Assembly (NCBI GenBank): GCA_036149055.1
Contig: JAYZQJ010000188.1
Span: forward strand, 1-14,090
Reading direction: 5' to 3'
DNA length: 14,090 nucleotides
Origin: Myxococcota bacterium
GTDB taxonomy: Bacteria; Myxococcota_A; Polyangia; Polyangiales; Sandaracinaceae
Part shown: piece by piece, positions 1-10,283 of the stretch
Numbering within the stretch: the stretch's first letter is position 1
Layout: every line of letters starts with the position of its first letter
Translations under genes and position numbers: made by a program
The notes under the pieces: generated by a model
What the model was told of the DNA's origin: nothing
Database searches by the model: none
The model's input: the letters and a program-made list of their open reading frames with translations, nothing else

Positions 1-122
1 CCCCATTGGCGCTTTGCCCAATGGGGGGAGGGTTTGCACCAAACCCTCCAGCAAGAAGCAGCGGGAGGGGGGCCCCATTGGCGCTTTGCCCAATGGGGGG
101 AGGGTTTGCACCAAACCCTCCA
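1..122. repeat. Two identical 50-bp REP-like units (1-50, 73-122), each made of two adjacent hairpins
   Basis: CCCCATTGGCGCTTTGCCCAATGGGGGGAGGGTTTGCACCAAACCCTCCA occurs at 1-50 and 73-122 with 22 bp between copies. Hairpin 1 is CCCCATTGG/CCAATGGGG (9-bp stem, 8-nt loop). Hairpin 2 is GGAGGGTTTG/CAAACCCTCC (10-bp stem, CAC loop). It lies 6 bp beyond the stop of the FG-GAP gene and may continue past the window edge. Confidence 0.85.
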
Positions 123-128
123 AGAAAC

Positions 129-2459
129 TCAGCGACACGCGAAGCCGTAGCGGGAGCCCGGGTCGGTCTCCAGCGCCTGATCCTCGGTCGGCGGGCTCGC
201 CTCCGCGCCGGTGAAGAACCACGCGCCGCCCGAGGGCGTCTCGGGCGCGCCGATCACGACGTCGGTGAGGCCGTCGCCGTCCCAGTCGTGACCGCCGACG
301 CAGCGGCCGAGCTCGTCGCCGCCGTCGACCACCGGCGGCGCGGTGGGGGTCAACGGGACGCCCGCGGTGTCGAACGCGGTGAAGAGCCACACCCCGCCCT
401 CGTCGCCGTTGCTCGCGTAGCCCGCGATCGCGAAGTCCTCGTCGCCGTCTCCGTTCACGTCGCGGAGCGGGGCGATCGCCGAGCCGAAGCGGGCCGCGCC
501 GGCGGGCGTGGGGAGGGTCATGAAGTCGGACGTCGAGAGCCCGTCGAAGCGGCCGAAGAAGAGGTAGGCGACGCCCTCGTCCACGACGCCTCCGTCCCGG
601 CCGATCGCGCCGACGACGAGATCGTCGTAGCGGTCGTCGTTCACGTCGCCGACGCAGGCGAGGGCGAACCCGAGCTTGTCCTGGTCCATGCCGCCCGGGG
701 TGGTGAGAGTGAGATCGGGCCGGGTCGCGAGATCCCAGCCGCCGTGCACGTCGGGGCCGCCGAAGTAGACGTGGACCGCGCCCCGTCCGTCGCCGCCACC
801 GGGGGCCAGGTAGGCGCCGACCGCGAGGTCCATGTAGCTGTCGCCGTTGAAGTCGCCTCCGGCGATGGCCGCGCCGAACGCCTGCCCCACGGCCGCCGCG
901 CCGAGCGGGTCGACGAGCTCCGCCTTGTCGCTGCTCGAGACGCCGGTCGCGCTGCCCCAGTAGACCCACACCCGCCCCTCGCGCGGCGCGGGCGTCCCCT
1001 CCTCGGGGAGCACGCCCGGCTCACCGACGACGAGATCGTCGAAGCCGTCTCCGTCGAAGTCGCCGGGCACCGCGAGCGCCTCGCCGAACCACGCGTCGTC
1101 CAGCGGGTTGCCGCTCCGGAGCTCGTCCGGCGCGCCGAGGAAGGAGATGCCGGGCGACGCGTCGTCGGTCCAGACGAACACCGACCCGCGATGCACGTCT
1201 CCGCCGGTGTGGCGCTGGAGCGGCGCGCCGCCGATGAGCTCGGCCCGGCCGTCGCCGTTCAGATCGCCCACCGCGAGCGCCCGACCGAGGTTGCCGTTCA
1301 CCAGGCCGGGGTTGGTCCGCACGTCCTCGGCCGCGAAGCGGAGGCCGGCCGCCGCGTCGCCCGGATAGACGTGCAGCGCGCCGAAGCCGCTGTTGAAGCC
1401 GGGCGCGCCGACGACCGCGTCGGCGAGCGTGTCCCCGTCGATGTCGCCCGGGACGACGCCGACGTCGAAGTGGAGGATCTCCGAGGTCTCGGGCGGCGAG
1501 CAGCCCGCGTCGTTGCAGGCGCGGATGCGCCAGTACCAGCGCCCCGCCGAGAGGGCCTGGGCGGGCGGCGTGATGACGAACAGCTCGGGCGCCGCCTGGG
1601 TGACGACGACCTCCACCGGGTCCAGGTCGCTGTCCCGCGACAGCTCGATCTCGAAGCGGGTCGCCTCGTCGGCGCCGCTGTCCCAGACGAACTTGGGGCG
1701 GGTCGCGTGAGGGCGCGGCAGGCCGGGGTCGGGCGCGTCCACCCGGCCGGTGTCGTAGCCGCGGATGGGGCGCACCGGGCGCGGCCCGAAGGGCGGCGGG
1801 GTGCCGACGCCGCCGTCGGCGGGCACCGAGGCGTCGGGCAGGGTCGGTCGCTCCACGCAGCCGCCCTCGGGGATGCAGACCTGGGTCTCGCCGCAGGCCC
1901 CCGCGACCGGCGCCGCGAAGCACGCCCCCTGAACGCAGCGGGCCTCCGCGCAGGACGCGGCCGGCGCGTCACAGGCGGTGGCGTCGGCGCACACCGCGTC
2001 ACCGCAGCGCTCGGGCGTCTCGGGCGAGCACCGCGGGTCGACGCACTGTCCGTCGACGCAGGACTCCTCGTCGCCGCACGTCACCCGCGCGCAGGCCCGG
2101 GTCACCAGGACGGTCACCCCGTAGTTACCGGTGAAGCTGATCGAGACGGCGTTCCGTCCGACCACCTGCCCGTCGGCGCCGTAGAGGGTGACCGAGACCC
2201 TCCGATCGCCGGGCGAGGCGCCGAGGAAGTCGGCCACCCGCACGCCCTCGAGCGCGTCGGCGTCACCGAGCACCCCGGACATCCGGGAGTCGACCAGGGC
2301 GCCGTTCCCGTCTTCGATCCGGGCCTCGGCGACGACGAATTCGACGCCGGGCATGTAGTCGGTGCGCAGGTCGACGGCGAGGATGACGCCGTCTTCGGTG
2401 CACGAGCAGAGCGAGAAGGCGAAGCAGAGGGCGAGCGCGGCGCGCCGGGGATCGGGCAC
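129..2459 (-). CDS. FG-GAP (integrin-alpha-like) beta-propeller lipoprotein with N-terminal Cys-rich region and Fn3/Ig-like middle domain, 776 aa
   Basis: GTG start preceded by GGAGG. Lipoprotein-type signal (RR, hydrophobic stretch, SLCSC). Seven D-x-[DN]-[GD]-D-x-x-x-[DE] FG-GAP motifs: GDIDGDTLAD, GDLNGDGRAE, GDFDGDGFDD, GDFNGDSYMD, GDVNDDRYDD, RDVNGDGDED, HDWDGDGLTD, with FG/LG-x-A and G-x-V-x-V/L strands. Fn3-like segment PKFVW...FEIELS...GRWYWRIRACN. Confidence 0.9.
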   Translation of the reverse strand: MPDPRRAALALCFAFSLCSCTEDGVILAVDLRTDYMPGVEFVVAEARIEDGNGALVDSRMSGVLGDADALEGVRVADFLGASPGDRRVSVTLYGADGQVVGRNAVSISFTGNYGVTVLVTRACARVTCGDEESCVDGQCVDPRCSPETPERCGDAVCADATACDAPAASCAEARCVQGACFAAPVAGACGETQVCIPEGGCVERPTLPDASVPADGGVGTPPPFGPRPVRPIRGYDTGRVDAPDPGLPRPHATRPKFVWDSGADEATRFEIELSRDSDLDPVEVVVTQAAPELFVITPPAQALSAGRWYWRIRACNDAGCSPPETSEILHFDVGVVPGDIDGDTLADAVVGAPGFNSGFGALHVYPGDAAAGLRFAAEDVRTNPGLVNGNLGRALAVGDLNGDGRAELIGGAPLQRHTGGDVHRGSVFVWTDDASPGISFLGAPDELRSGNPLDDAWFGEALAVPGDFDGDGFDDLVVGEPGVLPEEGTPAPREGRVWVYWGSATGVSSSDKAELVDPLGAAAVGQAFGAAIAGGDFNGDSYMDLAVGAYLAPGGGDGRGAVHVYFGGPDVHGGWDLATRPDLTLTTPGGMDQDKLGFALACVGDVNDDRYDDLVVGAIGRDGGVVDEGVAYLFFGRFDGLSTSDFMTLPTPAGAARFGSAIAPLRDVNGDGDEDFAIAGYASNGDEGGVWLFTAFDTAGVPLTPTAPPVVDGGDELGRCVGGHDWDGDGLTDVVIGAPETPSGGAWFFTGAEASPPTEDQALETDPGSRYGFACR

Positions 2460-2565
2460 GAAACCTCCGGGGGTCGAGGGTCGCCCTCGCGGGGGATCGA
2501 GGGCCGGTTGGTGTACGGGGAGTGCACGGTCTTCCTCCCCCGTTTCGTGGATTTTTTCGTTCGGC

Positions 2566-4535
<1,970 letters not shown>

Positions 4536-4553
4536 GCGGCGCGGAGGATAACA
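4536..4553 (-). promoter_or_regulatory. Putative extended -10 element (TGnTATCCT) for a leaderless or short-leader oppD transcript
   Basis: Minus strand reads TG-T-TATCCT-CCGCGCCGC-ATG with no Shine-Dalgarno. It closely resembles the element upstream of 8440. Confidence 0.4.
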
Positions 4554-4565
4554 GCTGCCGTCCGC

Positions 4566-5389
4566 TCAATCACAGGAGACCGCGTGGACCTCGAGCCCGG
4601 GGCGGGTCTCCTGCCGGAAGGCGCCGGCCGGGATCTCCACGTTCAGGTCGATGCGCGAGAAGCGCACGAGGGTGTCGATGTCCCGACTGGGATCCTCGAA
4701 GCGCACCCGGAACGGGAGCACGACGCCGCGACCGGCCTCGTCGTCCGGGTCCGCGATGAAGGCGTAGTCGTCATAGGTGACCCGCCACTCGGTCTGCCCG
4801 TCCGCCGAGAACACCTCGCTCCGCTTCAGCCGCATGCGCTGGGACTCGGGCGGCGCGGTGAGGTCCTGGTCGCGCACCTCGAGCACGAGCTCCTGGCGGC
4901 GGCCGTCCTCGGCGAGGAGCTCCACGTGGTAGCTGCCGCCCTCGCACCGGATGCGGCGCTCCTCGGCCTCGATGCGCGGGGTCTCCCCGAGCAGGAGCCG
5001 GGTCACCTCGGTCGAGCTGAAGCGCAGGCCGAGCAGGCGCTCGATGTTCGCCGGGCAGGTCGGGCCCTCGTAGAAGCGGTTCTCGCGCAGATCCATCAGC
5101 GCGAAGCGGTCGCCGTCGCTGGTGAGCACCGCGGCCGGGCCGAACTGGGTCATCGCGTCGAAGCGCACCCGGTCGGGGCGGGCGATGAACATCAGCACGG
5201 TGCCGCGGATGCGCCCCTCGGGGTCGCGTCGATCCACGCGGGCCTCCGCGCGCAGCACCCGGGCGGGCCGGCGCATGTCGCGGTAGGACTCGAGCGCGCT
5301 CGTCGCGTCGCTGAAGGGGTAGGTCGGGCAGGGTCGGCCCGGGCAGCCGCTCATCAGGGTGAGCGCCACCGCGCAGAGCGTGATCCGCG

Positions 5390-5393
<4 letters not shown>
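4566..5393 (-). CDS. Lipoprotein, LolA/LolB/DUF4292-like beta-rich fold (tentative), 275 aa
   Basis: The real gene is the last 275 aa of ORF 4566..7457. ATG 5393 overlaps the yitJ stop (ATGA). Signal MTRITLCAVALTLMSGC with lipobox MSGC. The motif RPDRVRFDAMTQFG..AVLTSDGDRFALMDLRENRFY resembles LolA-superfamily proteins. Family call is by eye. Confidence 0.7.
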
Positions 5394-7276
<1,883 letters not shown>

Positions 7277-7303
7277 CGCGGACGCGGTGTGCCTCGAAAA
7301 CCC

Positions 7304-8368
7304 CTATATGTCGAGGGCCGCGCGGTTGGGGCACGGCATGGTCTCCATGCAGTTCCCCGGCGCTCCGAGCTGCACGTTGCAGGCCTCCCGCTCCCCCGCG
7401 ATGCAGTCGGCGCAGTCGCCGCCGTCGGCCTCGACGCACGCGCCGCACTGGATCCACGCCCGGAGCGCGCAGAGCCGCTGCTCGCTGAGCAGGTTGCCGC
7501 TGAGCGGCATGCGCGATCCGCAGACGTCGTCCGAGCTCGCCGCCGCGACCTTCAGGTACATCAGCGACATCTCCGGCATCGACGCCGTCAGGAGCGGGAC
7601 CTCACCCACGCACTGCATGCCCTCGGGGGCGGCGTCGAGGATGCGCGCGTGCACCTCGGCGTCGCTGCCGCTCAGGTCGAGCGCCCCGGCCGGATCGCTG
7701 TTGTCGTGACAGCGGCCGAGCGCGCAGCTCGGCTGGATGATCTGGGCGTTGATCGCCGGCCAGGTCGGGTCGACGCAGCTCCGCTCGCAGGCGGCGATGG
7801 TGAAACCGGTCACGTTGGGCTCACGATCGACCCGCTCCTGGCTGCGCTCGATCACCGGCGTGCGCGAGGCGAGCCAGTTGCGGAGCAGCTCGCGGCCCTC
7901 CTCCGTGTCGAGGCCGGGCAGCGGCGTGGCGGTCACCCCGTCGTCGGCGATGCGCTCGAAGCGCTCGTTGACGCTCTCGGCGTACATGCGCCCCGCCTCC
8001 CCGGTCGGCGGCATCTCGCCCGACTGCACCTGCTCCCAGATGTGGCCGCGCATCGAGAGCACCCGCTGCTGGTTGCGGAGGAGCCGGTCGGCCGCCTCGA
8101 GCTCCACCTCGTTGCTGGTGGAGGCGAGCCGGACGTCGAAGTCGAGGCCGAGCGGCGCGCCGAAGCGCTCCTGCGCGTCGATGTCCTCGCTGTGGCAGAA
8201 GCCGCCCGCACCGCAGCTCTGGATCATCAGCGCCTGCCCGGCGAACGCCGGCACGCCGTCGGGGGTGTAGACGATCTCCAGCGCGGCCGCCTCGTCGGCC
8301 GGCCCCAGGTCGGGGCCGCACGAAGCGAGCAGCAGGATCGAGATCGTCGCACCACAGAGTCGCCGCAT
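7304..8368 (-). CDS. Lipoprotein, putative di-haem c-type cytochrome with atypical CX5CH and CX4CH motifs, 354 aa
   Basis: GGAGG before ATG. Lipobox LASC. CGAGGFCH (8192-8215) is followed by GEMPP...LRNWL. CALGRCH (7706-7726) is followed by LDL...SLMYLKV...GSRMPL...LRAWIQCGA, a planctomycete-type cytochrome c pattern. Cys-rich tail. Confidence 0.65.
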   Translation of the reverse strand: MRRLCGATISILLLASCGPDLGPADEAAALEIVYTPDGVPAFAGQALMIQSCGAGGFCHSEDIDAQERFGAPLGLDFDVRLASTSNEVELEAADRLLRNQQRVLSMRGHIWEQVQSGEMPPTGEAGRMYAESVNERFERIADDGVTATPLPGLDTEEGRELLRNWLASRTPVIERSQERVDREPNVTGFTIAACERSCVDPTWPAINAQIIQPSCALGRCHDNSDPAGALDLSGSDAEVHARILDAAPEGMQCVGEVPLLTASMPEMSLMYLKVAAASSDDVCGSRMPLSGNLLSEQRLCALRAWIQCGACVEADGGDCADCIAGEREACNVQLGAPGNCMETMPCPNRAALDI

Positions 8369-8426
8369 CGGACCTCCAGGCCGGCGAAAGACGCCGACGG
8401 GCTCGAAGCATACCCGATGCGCGCGC

Positions 8427-8439
8427 TATCTTCCGCGCG
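8427..8439 (+). promoter_or_regulatory. Putative -10 element (TATCTT) 7 nt upstream of ATG; candidate leaderless promoter
   Basis: TATCTT-CCGCGCG-ATG; TAnnnT hexamer, no SD. Confidence 0.45.
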
Positions 8440-8610
8440 ATGCGGACGGTTTGGCTGCTCTTCGCCCTCGCGCTCTTCGGGTGCGAGGCCGAGATCCCCG
8501 AGGGCGTGTTCGCGTGCAGCGAGGACGCGGACTGCCCGCCCGAGCTCGTCTGCCGCACGAACGTCAGCCGCTGCTTCCGCACCCGCGCGCCGTCGGACGC
8601 GGGCGGCTGA
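8440..8610 (+). CDS. Small Cys-rich lipoprotein, 56 aa (not in the ORF track)
   Basis: MRTVWLLFALALFGCEAEIPEGVFACSEDADCPPELVCRTNVSRCFRTRAPSDAGG*. Basic N-terminus, hydrophobic h-region, lipobox LFGC, four further Cys, nearly all third positions G/C. Fills the gap between two minus-strand genes. Confidence 0.8.
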   Translation: MRTVWLLFALALFGCEAEIPEGVFACSEDADCPPELVCRTNVSRCFRTRAPSDAGG

Positions 8611-10227
8611 TCAGGGCACGCAGGTGGCGCGGGCCATCGCGCAGGTCGAGATGCCGGGGCAGCCCGAGTTGAAGTAGACGATCTCCGCCGGGTCCGAGAG
8701 CACCCCGTCGACCCGCACCCGGATGTCCCAGCGCCCGTAGATGCCCGCGGTGTCGCACGGGAGGGCGGCGGTCGGCGGGAACGGATCGACGGCGGCGCCG
8801 CTCGCGTCGAGCACCCGCTCCTCGGCGTCGTAGGGCGCCGCGCCGCAGCCCACCCGCTCGTTCACCTGGGTGCTCGTGGCGCGCGGTCGGCCGTTCACCC
8901 GGGTCACGAGCGCGGGCGGGCTCGAGTGCGGCACGCCGAGGTCCACGCAGCCCGGGCCGCTCGCGGTGTCGATCCGGATCGTCGGGTTCGGCGCGCAGCT
9001 CGACGACGCGTAACAATACTGCGACTCGGTGCACGCCCGGCAGGGAGAGCAGAACGACCGGGCGGCGACGCACGTGGCGACCGCCGGGCAGCCCGAGTTG
9101 TAGTAGACGGTCTCGACCGTGTTGCTGCGGCGCCCGTCGACGGTCACGTAGGCTTGCCAGCGCCCGTAGATCCCGAAGTCGCAGTCGGTCACCGCGCCAG
9201 ACTCGAAGGTGTCCTCCCAGCGCCCGTCGGGGCCGAGCGGGAAGCTCGCCGGGTCGTCTCGCGGCGGATCGCCGCAGCTCACCTGCTGGTTGGTCTGCAC
9301 GGCGGTGCGGTTCGGGCGCCCCTCGATGATCCGGCGGAACGTGAAGTCGGGCGCGGTGTGGGCCACGCCGAGATCGATGCAGTCGGGCGCGCCCGAGGTC
9401 TGGAGCATGAACGTCGGCTCGGGGTGGCAGGCGCCGCGGTCGCAGTACTCCCCCGCGCCGCAGCGGGGCGAGGTCTGGCAGCTCCCGGCGACGCACGCGT
9501 GCGTCGTGCAGGGATCGCCGTCGTCGCAGTCGGAGGGCGAGCACGGCGTGGGCCCGGCGTCGGGCGGCGGCGTGGAGGCGTCCGGCTCCGGCGGCTCGGG
9601 ACGTGGCTGACAGCCCAGGGTCGCCTCGCAGAACTCGTCCGCCGCGCAGAGGGCGTCGTCGGGGACGGCGAGGCAGCGCTCGCCGACGCACTGCCCGGCC
9701 GCGCACGCCGAGGTCCCCGCGCACTCGGCGTCCGAGCCGCACTCCCGCTCCACGCAGCCCTCCGGGTCCTCGAGGCAGCTCGGCGGCACGCAGCGCCCGA
9801 GGCTGCACGCGGTGGCGTCGGCCGGGTCGCTCGCGGTCGGGCACGACAGGGACGCGCACGCGGCGCTGACCCCGACGAGCACGCTCCGGTCGTCCTCGAT
9901 CGCCACCCGGGTCACGCCGTCGTCCACCGCGCCGCCGCGCGCGTCGAGCAGGGTGACCCGCACGTCGTAGACCCCGGTCGCGACGCCCTCGAAGTCCGCG
10001 AGGCTGCGCCCCGAGAGGAGCGCGAGGTCGAGCCCCGGGTCGGGCGAGAAGGTGACGTCGCGGGCGTGAGCGACGGCCCCGTCCGAGACCCGGACCAGCT
10101 CCACCCGCGCGAGCACGAACTGGAAGCCGTGTCGGTAGCTCGTCTGGAGGCGCGTGCTGACGAAGTGCCCGTCCGCGCACCCCGCGGCCAGGGCCAGGAG
10201 CAGGAGCGGTGCGATCGCGCGACGCAT
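8611..10227 (-). CDS. Cys-rich modular lipoprotein with two tandem ~125-aa C-terminal domains, 538 aa
   Basis: Signal MRRAIAPLLLLALAAGC (lipobox AAGC), beta-rich N-domain, 14-Cys region, Pro/DAG linker, CDDGDPCTTHAC motif, then a duplicated domain with shared C.DLGV.H, GRP, GIYGRW, VDG and NSGCP motifs. Confidence 0.85.
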   Translation of the reverse strand: MRRAIAPLLLLALAAGCADGHFVSTRLQTSYRHGFQFVLARVELVRVSDGAVAHARDVTFSPDPGLDLALLSGRSLADFEGVATGVYDVRVTLLDARGGAVDDGVTRVAIEDDRSVLVGVSAACASLSCPTASDPADATACSLGRCVPPSCLEDPEGCVERECGSDAECAGTSACAAGQCVGERCLAVPDDALCAADEFCEATLGCQPRPEPPEPDASTPPPDAGPTPCSPSDCDDGDPCTTHACVAGSCQTSPRCGAGEYCDRGACHPEPTFMLQTSGAPDCIDLGVAHTAPDFTFRRIIEGRPNRTAVQTNQQVSCGDPPRDDPASFPLGPDGRWEDTFESGAVTDCDFGIYGRWQAYVTVDGRRSNTVETVYYNSGCPAVATCVAARSFCSPCRACTESQYCYASSSCAPNPTIRIDTASGPGCVDLGVPHSSPPALVTRVNGRPRATSTQVNERVGCGAAPYDAEERVLDASGAAVDPFPPTAALPCDTAGIYGRWDIRVRVDGVLSDPAEIVYFNSGCPGISTCAMARATCVP

Positions 10228-10283
10228 CGCCCGTCATGTTCGATCCCGTCGCGGTCCTTGTCGAGGCGTGGTAACCGGAGGGC

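Noticed and set aside
1..122. CRISPR array
   Set aside because: Only two copies, a 50-bp repeat longer than its 22-bp spacer, a double-hairpin structure, and no cas genes in the window.
2483..2565. Terminator or ECF-type promoter between oppF and the FG-GAP gene
   Set aside because: The GCCCTCG/CGAGGGC stem (2483-2504) has no U-tract, and the GGAAG...CGTA spacing (13 nt) is too short for a typical ECF promoter.
7277..7303. SAM or cobalamin riboswitch upstream of yitJ
   Set aside because: The intergenic gap is only 27 bp and no aptamer motifs are recognisable.
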